Assembly (NCBI RefSeq): GCF_009914755.1
Contig: NC_060930.1
Direction: 5' to 3' (one strand)
Source: the human T2T-CHM13v2.0 reference genome, Homo sapiens
Length of the DNA stretch: 64,000 nucleotides
The stretch's first letter is position 1; each line of letters starts with the position of its first letter. The notes below the pieces were generated by a model. That model did no database searches. It was given only the letters and a program-made list of their open reading frames with translations, and was not told the origin of the DNA. Of this stretch, positions 42,021 to 55,674 are shown in pieces. The translations under genes and the position numbers were made by a program.

Positions 42021-43301
42021 AATTTCAACCAGTGAGGCAATTCTAATTGATTAGACATGGCAGCTTAAGGCACTATATTAGAAAGGATTCCAAGCCAGGG
42101 CCTGGCCCCCGTGGGGAAAAAGGAGAGAGCTGTGGTTGATTACCAATGTCTGCATGGGCATGGAAATGGACAGTGGTGGCACATGTCCCTCCTATCGCCA
42201 TTCAAGGTCCCTCTGTGTATTTAAAGAAAAGGGGTTTACTAACTTATTTTTCTTAATGACAAAATAACCCCAAAGGATTATATAACTTGAGTCCCCAAGT
42301 TGGAGGAAACGCTGACCTATGAGAAAAGCTTCAGAGAAAGAAGACAGGAAACGTTATCAAAGCAGATTTTAGCAGCTGCAAAATATTGTTGAGGGCCACC
42401 CTTGCAGGCTGACATTTGCAGTGATAAGCGTCCTTCCCTCGCAGGTGTCTTCACTCTTTCTCCCTTTCCACTTTCTCTGATTCGCTGCCTGCAAACATGC
42501 ACAGGTCTTTTGTGAGTTGGAAAATGCAACCCTCCAAAAATGTCACTTGATCCTATTCCTGTTTCTAACTCACACTGACTCTCATGCAGCAGGGCTCTTG
42601 ACCATCCTGGAAGAATATCAGAATTCCCTCCTTAGGCATTATGCCAAAGAGGTCAGGACCAGCCTGCTTAATGTTGAGCTTACATTCAACATCTATTAAT
42701 ATATCATTTCATATTAAAACCATGCAGAAATCAGCACAGTATTCAAATGTTAGTCTCAAAATTTAAGTGAAATTTCTGTAGTAAAGCAGGCTTTTCTGAT
42801 AACTCTTATTTTAAGAGTATAGGCCGACTTCCCATCCATACTAGTGAAACCATGCAGATCCATAATCCAGCTTTTCTCAGTGACGGATTCCATAACGGAG
42901 GTATTGGATTAAAACTTAGGATCACAACTATTTTCCTACAGATATAGAATGAAGTTTCATAAAAACTGGAGTTTAAATTTAAGGTACGCGCAAGTAAAAG
43001 AAACATGATCAAGAAGGTAAAGGCCCAGAGAAAACTGATGGCTTCTTCAATTATATCAAAGAAAAAGAAGTATTTTGCTTGATGCAAATTGTTTGCTTGT
43101 CTTTGAATTGTCATTTGGAATCCAACCAGCTCAGCTTGCCTCCGAAACTAGTAGACTGTGACTATTTTGGATACATGTTCCTAAGCCACTCATTCATCTT
43201 AATTTAATTGTCTATACCAGGGGCTTTTAACACATAAGGAAGAGTTGCCAACATATAACTAGGCATCTAGGCATAAAGAACACTGTGTGATAGACTTCTA
43301 C

Positions 43302-43597
43302 TTTTTTTTTTTTTTTTAGATGGAGTTTCGCTCATCGCCCAGGCTGGAGTACAATGGCACAATCTCCGCTCACTGCAATCTCCGCCTCTTGGGTTCAAGC
43401 GATTCTCCAGTCTCAGCCTCTTGAGTAGTTGGGATTACAGGTGCCCACCACCACGCCTGGCTAATTTTTGTATTTTTAGTAGAGATGGGGTTTTACCATG
43501 TTGGCCAGGCTGCTCTTCAACTCCTCACCTCAGGTGATCTGCCCAACTCGGCCTCCCAAAGTGTTGGAATTACAGGCGTGAGCCACCGCGCCCGGCC
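43302..43597 (-). mobile_element. AluS (Sq/Sx-like)
   Basis: 17-bp TSD tgtgtgatRgacttcta at 43284-43300 and 43598-43614. Confidence 0.95.
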
Positions 43598-43774
43598 TGT
43601 GTGATGGACTTCTAATGAGAACAACACCTAGCACATAAACCAGGGCTTGGCTACTGGTGGTCCACAGTTGTCACACGTTGCCTCAGAACATTGGTATTAC
43701 ATATTTAAAATTCAAAGAATAAACTGCCAACATTTAAACTTGAGAGCTTTCACATAGAAATTAGTGTTTCTTGC

Positions 43775-44071
43775 TTTTTTTTTTTTTTTTCGAGACAGAG
43801 TTTCGCTGTTGTTGCCCAGGCTAGAGTGCAATGGCACGATCTCAGCTCACCGCAACCTCCACCTCCTGGGTTCAAGTGATTCTCATGCCTCAGCCTCCTG
43901 AGTAGCTGGGATTACAGGCGTCCACCACCACGCCCGGCTAATTTTTGTATTTTTAGTAGAGACAGGGTTTCACCATGTTGGCCAGGGTGGTCTCGATCTC
44001 TTGACGTCATGATCCTCCCGCCTTGGCCTCCCAAAGTGCTGGGATTACAGGCATGAGCTACCGCATCTGCC
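43775..44071 (-). mobile_element. AluS with Sc-like left arm and Sp-like right arm
   Basis: Full dimer with poly(T). Confidence 0.93.
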
Positions 44072-45032
44072 TGCTTTTTTTGAAAAATTGGAAAATCCAC
44101 CAACCTCTACCCCATTCCTCATGGAAACAATCTGATGGCATTGAATGGTGGGTGCCCCACTATGATGGGACACATATTTCCCCATTTGCTGCACCCTCTA
44201 CCACTGCCTATTGCTACCTCATATTGAGGCCAAATGTCAGTTGTCATTTATCATCATGCTTTCACTATCATTTTTCTCACAACAGAGACAGGAAGAAAGT
44301 GAACTATTCCTTACCCCTGTGAAAACAGACCCCTTTCACTCATTCTTCTTAGCAGCCCAGCCCTCCACCCATTTGAATTTGCTGACATCTGAGATAAATA
44401 AACATCTCTAAAAACAGACACACACAAATTTGTTACTTGTTCATGAGAAATGGTCTTGGCATACATAGGAAATGCTTTTTCATTCTCAGATTACTCCAGC
44501 ACTAAAAACTCCCTTTTGGTTAGAGTTCCTGTCTACTCAGTTGTGAGTTTGATAATTTAAGAAGCATACAATTGGGCCCTTTAAAGGAAATATGACTCAC
44601 TGATCCTTGAATTTCACCTCATCTAGCGACACTGCTGATAACCTGTTTGATTCAGATGTTCCATTTTTTTCCCCACTGTAATAAACAAAAATTCCAATTC
44701 ACATGACTCCTTGACCGATGTAAATATTTATTTGTATTTTCCATCTGGTTGGAGAAATAAAGAAAAGAGGCCCTGTGGCCCTGTCTTGCTCACCACTTGA
44801 AACAAAATGTATCTAGTTACCTCTAATTAGGATAGGGCTGGGAAGGAAATAGGAAGAGAGAGAGTCGGTAAAAAAATACCAAAGTCCATTGGAAAACGGA
44901 GCACAGGAAAGTGGAAGAGAGGAGGAAGGGGGAAAGATTGGAGAAGATTTGCAGAGGGCAAGAAATGAGTGTGTTGCGGGAAAGTGTGGAAAACAAAGGC
45001 AGAGAGTAGGTAACACCAGACGGGACACTCAC

Positions 45033-45108
45033 GGTTGAGCTGGCGCCTCCGGATCCTGTCCCTCCATGGCCTGTTTCTGATCCAGTGTAATCGCGAAGGT
45101 AACACCAT
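45033..45108 (-). CDS. RIPOR2: Coding part of a first exon (25 codons + 1 nt), probably the distal alternative first exon of RIPOR2 (FAM65B)
   Basis: Strong Kozak GGGACCATGG, peptide MVLPSRLHWIRNRPWRDRIRRRQLN, then donor ACC|GTGAGT at 45032, in unique CpG-containing sequence. Gene identity comes from recall of a RIPOR2 isoform N-terminus and of ASS1P1 lying in this region; not verified by alignment. Confidence 0.75.
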
Positions 45109-45560
45109 GGTCCCAACAGAGCGGCCTAAAACCTGCTCATGGCAAAGGAACAAAAGGGTCTTGCAGCTATCCTGGAAGTTAAGTCCAGACGTATAAAAAT
45201 GAAAAAGAAAACTTAACCCCCCCCTTTTTGTTCTTTTCTTAAAAAAAAAAAAAGAGTATTTGAGGCTTCCGTTGACTTCTTTTATCTTGTAACTTGCCTT
45301 GCCTTTCCTTCCCTTAACTTCCGACTGGCCCGAAGGCAGCTGCTGTGCTGGGCTGCCCTAGCCTCCTGTGCCATGTTTTATGCATGAAGATGATGGGGCG
45401 GTAATTTATTCAAGCAGAGACGATCACCGGGCTCCTGTGTCTGCCCTCGCGTCAGAGGAGCCGTGCAATGGCAGGGGGAGGGCAGGTGTGTCTGACTGCA
45501 CGCAGGAATGGGCTGAAATGGGAATCCCTCTCTGTAGGCAGAAATGAAGAGCAGAGCTTT
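45109..45560 (-). promoter_or_regulatory. 5'UTR and promoter region of the above first exon
   Basis: Unique, CpG-retaining sequence directly upstream of the ATG; the TSS cannot be determined from sequence. Confidence 0.5.
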
Positions 45561-46006
45561 GCTGCTAGAGCTGAATCAGAGCAACACCCCTTACCTTTTA
45601 GGGCGTATGATTTATTTACTGCTGGGTCTCCGGTATCTAATATAGTGCCTGGCACTTGGTAGGTGAGCAATAAATATTTGTTGACTGAAAGAATGATTCG
45701 GTGATAACCAACATAAGTGATTTCATACTTTCTTTTTCACCAGTTAATCTGCCCAGTGCACTGTCTTCAAATATGTCTATTTGAATTTTCTCACCCATTC
45801 TTTTTCTCCACCTACGATCACACTTGCCCCTCACCTACTAGTTCATACTTCAAAGCCTCATTTTACATGAGGCTTTCCTGAAGCCATAGACATGGGGCTG
45901 TCCTCCACGCACCTATTGCTCTCACCTGCAGGTGGCCCATGTCTGCACTGCCCAAATTTGTTAGGCGTTTTGTTTGTTCTCTGATTTCTTTTAAAGCACG
46001 CATCCA

Positions 46007-46293
46007 GGCTGGATGAAGTAGCTCACACCTGTAATCTCAGCGCTTTGGGAGGCTGAGGTGGGAGGATCACTTGAGGCCAGGGCAACACAGCAGGACCCTA
46101 TCTCTACAAAAAATTTTAAAATTAGTTGGTCTTGGTGGTGTGTGCCTATAGTCCCAGCTACTCCAGAGGCTGAGGCAGGAGGATTGCCTGAGGGAAGAGT
46201 TCAAGGTTGCAGTGAGCTATGATTGCACTTTTGCTCTCCAGCCTGGGCAACAGAGAAAGACTGTATGAAGAAAAAAGAGAAAAGAAAAAAAAA
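46007..46293 (+). mobile_element. AluJ with a small internal deletion
   Basis: 'ggaggatcacttgaggccag|ggcaacacag'; J-type right arm. Confidence 0.9.
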
Positions 46294-47064
46294 TTGCCCA
46301 CATTCAAATACTGAGTAAGCTTCTTGGTGGCGAGAACTGTATATTCCTCTTTCTGAGCTGCAACATACAGGGGTTTACATGGGGAAGTGGTACATCAAGG
46401 GGTGGTTTGGGGCAGTTTTAGTCAGCCCCCTAAATCTCCATCAGCTCCTCCTCAAAATTCCCCAAGTAAAAATACACTCTAACTAAATACATTATGTTGG
46501 CTATAATACCACACTTAGGTGCTACAGCCTCTTCCAAATATGTGGCTGAAGACTCTCTTACATAGACATTCTAAAGCTGCCCCTGGCAGGGGAAGCTCAG
46601 TACATTGATTGCTTACTTTGTTCCAAGCTTTTCCTCTGTGCAATGTCAGATTGCTCCAGAGAACAAACAGTTATTGATCAAGGCCTCAGGAGTAGTCTTG
46701 CCCTGAGGATGGAACTGAAAAAAGTGACACCCAAGTTACCAAATTTAGCCCAAGATAACCCATAAACTTGCTGATGGCAGAAACTCTGTCATTTATCTTT
46801 TGTGTCTCTCATGGTGCCAGAAGCAGAGGGACTGGGGGAAACTACCAAGAGATGGGAGTCAAAAGGCTTGTAATTGCAACTGACCAGGTGAGTGCTTTAG
46901 GCACATCTCTTGGTCTCGGTGTCTTGTTTTCTTCACTTAGAATGGGAATGACCTACAGATTTCAGAGTTGTCAAGAGGAAATGAGATCAAGTAACTCTTT
47001 AGAAGTTGGTAGGATACTGGACTGGCACCCAAGAGCTCAGGCTCCCCTTCTGTCACTATGTCTG

Positions 47065-47400
47065 GTGGTAAAGAGAGTGCATTCCAGAGCAGAAATGCCT
47101 GGGTGCAAACTCGTAGCACCCTATTTAGTATCTTCATGACATTAACATCCTTATGCCTCAGTCTCTTAATCTATAAAATGTGAGGATAAGAATGAGGGCC
47201 GCTGCCTTAGGGTTATGCTGATGACTTCATGAGTAAATACATGCTAAGGACTAAGACTTGTGTTTAGCATAGAGGAATTTCTCAATGTTGTCAGCAGCTA
47301 TTATTAACTAGCCATGTGACTTCATGAAAGTTGGCAAATTCCCTGGGCCTCTGTTTCCTTATCTGCAATATGAGGGGGTCTGGGATACTTTATATCACAA
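47065..47400 (+). mobile_element. MIR fragments
   Basis: 'tgcctcagtctcttaatctataaaatg' and 'gggcctctgtttccttatctgcaatatgag' cores. Confidence 0.65.
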
Positions 47401-47404
47401 GTTC

Positions 47405-47620
47405 TGTGTATTAGTTTCCTACTGCTGCTATAACAAATTACCACAAATTTAAAGGCTTAAAACAACACAGATCTATCATCTTTCAGTTCTGGAGGTCAAA
47501 GTCTGAAATGGGTCTTATAGGGTGAAAGTCGAGGTATAGGCAGAGCTGCATTCCTTCTGGAGGCTCCGGTGGAGGATCTGTTCCTTGCCTTTTCCAGCTT
47601 GTAAAGGCCCTTTGTATTCT
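47405..47620 (-). mobile_element. MaLR LTR 3' part (MLT1B/C-like)
   Basis: 'tgtattagtttcctactgctgctataacaaattaccacaaa...ggcttaaaacaacac...cagttctggaggtc...gccttttccagctt'. Confidence 0.8.
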
Positions 47621-50176
47621 ATAAATCTATTTGCAGAGTGTCTTTGTTTACCTGAGGGACCACCACTCTGAGTCATTACATTAACTGGCAATTGCAGGTC
47701 ATGTGGGACATTCCTGGTCTAGACAATTTCTTGTGGATCCTGATCCCTCATGTGCCAGCTCCCCAAGACTCATTTTCTGAATTAGGGGGGAAAGGTAGAG
47801 ACCAAAATTAAGACAAAATCTACGTAAGGTAGCCAGTGAGGTTTTCTTGACTATTGCCACTGAACACAATTCCCTAGAATGGCAAATGCAGCATAAGAAA
47901 ACTATATTTGGTAAACTGGACCAAGCAGAAGAAAGAATTTCAGAGCTTAAAGACTGGTCTTTTGAACTAACACAGTCAGACAAAAATTAAGAAAAAAGAA
48001 TTTTAAAAAAGGAACAAAGTCTTCAAAAAATATGCGATTATGTAAAGCAACCAAACTTATGAATTATTGGCATTCCTGGGAGAGAAGGAGAAAAAATAAA
48101 CAACCTGGAAAATATATTTGGTGGAATAATTCAAGAAAATTTCCCTAATCTTGCCAGAGAGATAGACATCCAGATACAAAAAAATCCAGCGAACACCTGT
48201 GAGATACTATACAAAATGAACATCACTAAGGAATACAGTCACCAGGCTGGGTCAATGCTAAAGAAAAAAATCTCAAAGATAGTTAGAGAAAAAGGGCAAA
48301 TTACATACTAAAGGAACCCCATCAGGCTAACAATAGATTTCTTAGAAGAAACCTTATAAACCAAGAGAGATTGGGGGCCTGTGTTCAGTAGTCTGAAAGA
48401 AAAGAAATTCCAACCAAGAATTTCATATCTCATCAAACTAAGCTTCATAAGAAAAGGGAAATATAATCTTTTCCAGACAAGCAAGTGCTAAGGGAATTTT
48501 TTTTCCCACTAGAACAGCTTACAAGAAATCCTTAAGGGACTTCTAAACATGGAAACAAAAGAGCAATACCTGCTACCACAAAAACAGAGTTAAGTACGTA
48601 ACCAACAGACTCGATAAAGCAATTGCACAATAGAAGCTACAAAGCAACCAGGTATCAACTTCACAGTAGGGTCAAAACCTCACATATCAATATTAACCTT
48701 GAATGTAAATGGCCTAAACACCCCACTTAAAAGGCACAGAGCGGCAAATTAGATACAAAAAAAAAAAAAACCCTATCTGTCTGCTGTCTTCAAGGGACCC
48801 ATTTCACACATCGTGACACCCCTATGGGTGCAAAGTAAAGGGTTGGAGAAAGATCTACACAAATGGAAAACTATAAAAAGCAGCAATCACTCTTCTTATA
48901 TCAGATAAAACAAATTTTAAACCAACAACAATAAAAAAGACAAAGAAGGGCACTACACAATGATAAAGAATTCAATACAACAAGAAGACTTAACTATACT
49001 AAATATATACACACCCAACATTGGAGCACCTAGATTCATAAAAATGTACTTCTAGACCTATGAAAAGACTCATACAACCACACAATAATAGTCGGGGACT
49101 TCAATAACACACTGACAGCATTAGATAGATCATTGAGGCAAAAAGCTAATAAAGAAATTCTGGATTTAAACTTGATACTTGAGCAATTGGCCCTAATAGA
49201 CATCTACAGAATCCTCCACTGATCAATGACAGAATACACATTCTTCTCATCTGCACACAGAACATATTTCAAAATCGACCATATGCTTGGCCATAAAGCA
49301 AGTCTCAATAAATTTTTTAAAAATCAAAATTATACCATACTCTCAGATCACAGTGGAATAAAAATATAAATCAATACCAAAAAGATCTCTCAAAACCACA
49401 TAATTACATGGAAATTATACAACTTGCTCCTGAATGACTTTTGGGCAAACAACAAAATCAAGGAAGAAATTAAAAAAAATTTGAAATAAAACAGATACAA
49501 CATACCAAAATCTTTGGGGTGCAGCAAAAGCAATGTTAAGAGGAAAGCTTATAGCACTAGATGCCTAACTCAGAAAGTTAGAAAGATCTCAAATTAACAA
49601 TCTAATATCACACCTAAAGGAACTAGAGAAACAAGTTCCAAACTAATTCCAAAGCTAGTAGAAGAAAAGGAAGAACTAAAATCAGACAAGAACTGAATGA
49701 AATTGAGACCCAAAAATCCATTCAAAGAATCAGTGAAAGCAAAAGTTGGATTTTTGAAAGGATAAACAAGATTGATAGACCACTAGCTAGACTGACAAAG
49801 AAAAAAAAGAGAGAAGATCCAAATAAGCACAATCAGAAACAACAAAGGTGACATTACAACTAATTCCACAGAAATACAAAAGATCCTCAGAAACTATTAT
49901 GACTACATCTATGCACACAAACTAGAAAATCCAGAAGAAATGGAAAAATTCCTAGAGGCACACAATCTCTTAAGATTGAATCAGGAAGAAATTGAAACAC
50001 TAAACAGACCAATATCAACTTCTGAAATTGAATCTGTATTAAAAAATACTATCAACCAAGAAAACTCCAGACTAGATGGATTCACAGCTGAATTCTACCA
50101 GAAGTACAAAGAAGATCTGGTACCTATTCTACTGAAACTATTCCAAAAAACTGGGGAGAAGGGACTCCTCCCTAGC

Positions 50177-50499
50177 TGTATTTGTCAGTTCTCATAATGC
50201 TAATAAAGACATACCCGAGACTGGGTAATGTGTAAAGAAAAAGAGATGTAACAGGCTCACAGTTCCACATGGCTAGGGATGCCTCACAATCACGGTGGAA
50301 AGCAAAGGAGAAGCAAAGGCACATTTTACATGATGGGAGGCAAGAGGGGTTGTGCAGGGGAACTCCCATTTATAAAACCATCAGATCTCATGAGACTTAT
50401 TCACTACCATGAGAACAGTATGGGAGAAACTGTCCCCTGATTCAATTATCTCCACCTGGCTTCATCCTTGACAAATGAGGACACAGCCAAACCATATCA
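50177..50499 (-). mobile_element. THE1 (THE1C/B-like) solo LTR inside L1 ORF2
   Basis: 'gctaataaagacatacccgagactgggtaa...aaaccatcagatctcatgagacttattcactaccatgagaacag...cagccaaaccatatca'; 5-bp TSD ctagc/ccagc. Confidence 0.92.
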
Positions 50500-50631
50500 C
50501 CAGCTCATTCTATGAAGTCAGCATCAACTTGGTACAAAAACCTGGCCAAGACACAATGAAGAAAGAACACTATTGGCCAATATCCTTAATGAACATAGAT
50601 GCAAAAATCCTTAATAAAATACTAGCAAACT

Positions 50632-50943
50632 GCCTGGGCACAGCGGCTAATACCTATAATCCCAGAACTCTGGGAGGCCAAGGCAGGTGGATTGCATGAG
50701 CTCATGAGTTCAAGACTAGCCTGGGCAACATGGCGAAACCCCATCTCCACAAAAAAACACAAAAACAAAAATTAGCCAGGCATAGTGGCATATGCCTGTA
50801 GTCCCAGCTAGTCAGGAGGCTGAGGTGGGAGGATCACTTGAGCCCAGGAGCTCGAGGCTGTAGTGAGCCATGATTGCATTAGTACACTCCAGCCTGGGCA
50901 ACAGAGTGAAACCCTGTCTTTAAAAAAAAAAAAAAAAAAAAAA
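50632..50943 (+). mobile_element. AluJ inside L1 ORF2
   Basis: Dimer with poly(A); flanking repeat ctagcaaac. Confidence 0.92.
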
Positions 50944-53900
50944 CACCTAGCAAACCAAATTCAACAGCACATCTGAAAGAGTTAATTCACCATGATCAAG
51001 CAGGCTTCATTCCTGGGATGCAAGGTCAACGTATGCAAATCTATATATAACACCACATAAACAGAATTAAAAACAAAAACCATTTGATCATCTCAATAGA
51101 CATGGAAAAAGCTTTTGATAAAATACAACATCCCTTCATGATTTTAAAAAACCCTCACGAAACTAGGCACTGGAACATACCTTAGGAAAATACCTTAAAA
51201 TAATAAGAGCCATCTATGGCAAACTCACAGACAACATCATACTGAACAGGCAAAACCTGGAATCATTCCCCTTGAGAACTAGAATAAGACAAGGATGCCC
51301 ACTCTCATCACTCCTATTCAGCATAGTACTGGAAGGGCTAACCACAGCAATCAGGCAAGAGGAAAAAAAGGCAACTAAATAGGAAAAGAGGTCAAGCCAT
51401 ATCTCTTTGCTGGTGATGTGATTCTATAGTTAGAAAACCCTAAGGACTCTGCCAAAAGGCTATTAGAACAGATAAATCATTTTAGCAAGGTTTAAGGATA
51501 CCAAATCAATATACAAAAATTGGTAGCATTTCTATACACCAATAACGTTCAAGCTGAGAGCCAAATCAAGAATGCAATCCCATTTACAATAGTTACACAC
51601 ACAAAAATAAAATGCCTAGGAATACATGTAACCAAGGAGGTGAAAGAGCTCTACAGGGAGAACTACAAAACACTGCCAAAAGGAATCACAGATGACACAA
51701 ACAAATGGAAAACATTCCATGTCCATGGATTGGAAGAATCAGTATCATTAAAATGGCTATATTGCCCAAAGCAATCTGCAGATACAACACAATTCCTATC
51801 AAACTACTCACGTCATTTTTTACAGAATTGGAGAAAAACTATGCTAAAATTCATATGGAACCAAAAAAGAGCCTAGATAGCCAAAGCAATCCTAAGCAAG
51901 AAGAAAAAAGCCAGAGGCATCACATTATCTGACTTCAAACTATACTATAAGGCCGCAGTAAACAAAATAGCTTGGTACTGGTACAAAAACAGACACATAG
52001 ACCAATGGAACAGAATAGAGAACCCAGAAATAAAGCTGCATAACTACAGCCATCTAATCTTCAACAAAGTCAACAATAATAAGCAATGGAGAAAATTCAA
52101 TACATCGCATGGGGATAGCTGGCTAGCCGTATGCAGAATAATGAACTTGGACCCCTCCATTTCACCGTATACAAAAATTAAGATGGATTAAAGATTTAAA
52201 TGAAAAACCTCAAACTATAAGAATCCTAGAAGAAAACCTAGGAAGCTCATTCTGGATATCGACTTTGGAAAAGAATTTATGACTAAGTCCTCAAAAGCAA
52301 GCACAACAAAAAAAATGACAAGTGGGACCTAATTAAATTTAAGAGCTTCTGCACACACAGCAGAAGAACCTATCAACAGAGTAAACAGACAACCTACAAA
52401 ATAGGAGAAAATATTTGCAACTATGTATCCAACAAAGGTCTAATATCCAGAATCTATAAGGAACTTAAACAATTGAACATGCAAATAATAATAATAACCC
52501 ATTAAAAATTAACCCCTTTAAAATGGGCAAAAGACATGAACAGACACTTCTCGAAAGAAGGCATACAAGTGGCCAAAAAACATTAAAAAATGCTCCACAT
52601 CATTAATTATTAGAGAAATGCAAATACAAGCCACAATGAGAAATCATCTCACACCAGTCAGCATGGCTCTTATTAAAAAGTCAAAAAACAACAGATGTTG
52701 GTGAGGCTGCAGAGAAAAGGGAACACTTATACACAGTTGGTGGAAATGTAAATTAGTTCAGCTACTGTAGAAAGCAGTTTGGAGATTTCTCAAAAACTTA
52801 ACACAGAGCTGCCATTCCACCCGGCAATCCCATTACTCTGCATATGCTGAAAAGAAAACAACTTGTTCCACCCAAAAGACACATACACTCACATGTTCAT
52901 CACAGCACTATTCACAATGGCAAAGATATATGGAGCCACCTAGATGCCTATCAATTGTGGATTGAATAAAGAAAATGTGGTACATATACACCACGAAATA
53001 CTACATAGACATCAAAAAGTGAAATCATATCCTTTGCAGCAACATGGATGCCACTGGAGGCCATTATCCTAAGCAAATTAATGCAGGAACAGAAATCCAA
53101 AGACTGTGTGTTCTCACTTATAAGTGGGAGCTAAACAATGGGTACTTACAGACATAATGATGGGAACAATAGACACTGCGGACTACTAGAGCAGGGAGGG
53201 AGGGATGAGGGCAAGGTTTGAAAAACCAACCGTTGTTACTACACTCAGTACCTGGGTGGCAGGATCATCATACCCCAAACATCAGCATCACACAATATAC
53301 CTAGGTAACAATCCTGCACACGTACCCCCTGAATCTAAAATAAAAGTTGGAAAAGAAAAGAAAACTATATTTGGGAGACCTAGAAATGGATATTGTTCTA
53401 ACAGTCTCCTCTCTTCTTGGTTTTTACAATTGTTAATTGCAACACTTTTCTGTTCTATACGGCATTTAACATAAATCAAATCAGATAGCTGCCAAGGAGG
53501 CAAATTCGAGATGAGAGAAATCTTCCAGAAGCTGTCACGGTACTGTGACTATGTTCCCTCTATCACCTTCTTTTATTATATGGCGCTTGAAATTCTGTGC
53601 AAGCAATGAACTTGAATGTGGAGAATGTGATACAAAAAAATCAAGTGCTTTTTTTTTTTTTTTTTGCAATCAGCGTCAGACCTTCTTTCCTCCTCATTAA
53701 GCCACACATTTCCTAAAGCCTCTGCTGCATGAGTCACCAACGTTTCTGATGTACATAATTTACAATAGCAGATGAGAGAGAACAGCAGGCCAGAGGGGGC
53801 GGAAAGTACAGTTAGGTCTAAAATGAGAGGCAGTTGAAAAGTTTGCATTTTCTCTGCTCTTGTGAATTTAAATACAGATCTTGCCAGTTTCCTCATTATA

Positions 53901-54659
53901 ATCATAGAAAGACTAGGGGGTGGGTGTATGGAACAAGAAGTGGAGGACTTGCCACCATCTTTTGTTGTTCTTTCTGGTCAGGTTGACAATGCTGAAGATC
54001 CATGGCTCCTACGTAGGGCTCCGTTTCCTGACTCTTCATGCTTTATATTTTCTTTTATCAGGTACACACTCATAAATGCCTGGAATAAATAGCCTTGTGG
54101 GGTGTTATTCTCCCAAGGAACAGTTTCATTTGTGTTAAGTGTACAATATCAATTTTTACTCTTTCTTGGGCTCGTGTTGCTATTAAATTTTCATAAATCG
54201 CAGAATTTCACGGTGGAAGCACGTACAGTCTGCAAGGAGCAATGTGTTTAAGAGAATATGGGGAAAAAGACATAATTATGTGATCCTTTCTTCATTTTTC
54301 CTTCAACTCATTTTTAATAAATGGAAGCTAGATGTTAGACTCAGGAGAAAAAGCATCAGCATGTCTGTTTCTACTTTAAAACCATCCTGGGGAGAAACAG
54401 ACCTTCAGTTACTCAGTGGAGAATGGCAACTGCTGAGCCAAAGTACGTTGTGTGACTTTTATAGAAAGTCAACAAGGAAAACTTGGCATTATTTTAACAT
54501 AAAAGCTTATCAAGCACCAGGAGGAAAACGATAGCACAGCACCTGATTTATTTCTCTTCTGTGGCAAATACATACAAAAAGAACATGAGGTCTCAGTTTG
54601 CTCTTTGGAAATTGAAATGGAAGTAGGGGTCAGGTTCTAGCTGTGGCTATCTGGCTGTC

Positions 54660-55330
54660 TACACACATTTATTGAGCACTTATGGAGAGATAGGCTGTGT
54701 GTTGCATGCTTTTAATAGACATGTGGTTTCACTTTATTTCCCCTACATTCTTATTCATGAGGAGTTATTAGCAATCCTATTTTACATACAAAAAAGTGAA
54801 GGTTAAACAATACTCTAAATAATAATCCAACACATAGAGTACTTCACATGTGTTAATTCATATGATTGTCATATAATAATCCCGTGACCATTTTGCAGAT
54901 AGGGCAACTGAGGCACAGAGAAGTTTAGTAACTTGCCATGGTCACACGCCCAGCAAGTGGCTGAGATGAGATTTGAATTGAAGTAGTCTGGCTCTAGAGC
55001 CCAAATATTTAACCACAACCTATACTAACTCTTCAAATTAAGCAAATAAACATTGCAGTGTAACCATTCATTCATAACATTCTATTTTTAAAACATATAC
55101 CATGTAACTTTGACAAAGGCAATTATTGAATAATAAAGAATTAGAAAATTGGACAACTATTAGAGAATTACCCTAGACAACCTCATATCCAAATGTCTCA
55201 TTTTACAGAAAATGAAACTGACCCTCAGATTAGGAGACACCTCCAAGTTGGCACAGCAGGTTGGTAGATCAGGACCAAGTTGTACCACACCTTCTCCCCA
55301 AACCTCAATACAATGTGCTTTCCACTGCTG
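54660..55330 (-). mobile_element. Cluster of MIR fragments
   Basis: Cores 'cattttgcagatagggcaactgaggcacagagaag...acttgcc' and 'cattttacagaaaatgaaactga'. Confidence 0.7.
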
Positions 55331-55674
55331 CTCCGATAAGATTTCAAGGCATTTTTAAGGCTTAGAACACTTTTGGGAGACAGTTTTTGTGGAATCAAGG
55401 CAGACAATTTTGGAGTATGAAAGAAAAAGCTATGAGCCTAGAGAGAGGACAGTGTCTGCATCTTATCTGTTCTCTTCTAGTCAGACACAGCCCATTACTG
55501 CCCTCTCTCCTTCCTTCTCTTTCTCCCTCCCAAACTGGCTTCACCAGCATTTCCTGTCTTGATGACCTTCTACCCAGTTGCTCAAGACAGTGCCCTAGGT
55601 GCTACTCCTTGCTTCCTAGCCCTTATGTCCCACATTCAAACCAACAACTGACCCACCTGATTCTGCCTCCTACT

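Larger units (their letters stand above)
47912..53357 (+). mobile_element. Old 5'-truncated L1 (L1PA15/16-like) with ORF1/ORF2 remnants
   Basis: ORF1 remnant, EN start 'taaccttgaatgtaaatgg' and ORF2 peptides ([31 protein letters not shown]). The RT motif is mutated to FAGD at about 51406-51417. Perfect 17-bp TSD aagaaaactatatttgg at 47895-47911 and 53358-53374. Confidence 0.95.

Noticed and set aside
44827-45153. 108-aa ORF as a single-exon protein
   Set aside because: Only the ATG-to-donor portion (45033-45108) is supported. The track start is a non-ATG codon and the remainder reads into intron.
47912-53357. Active L1 or domesticated reverse transcriptase
   Set aside because: It has no 5'UTR, many stops and frameshifts, an RT catalytic motif mutated to FAGD and two nested insertions.
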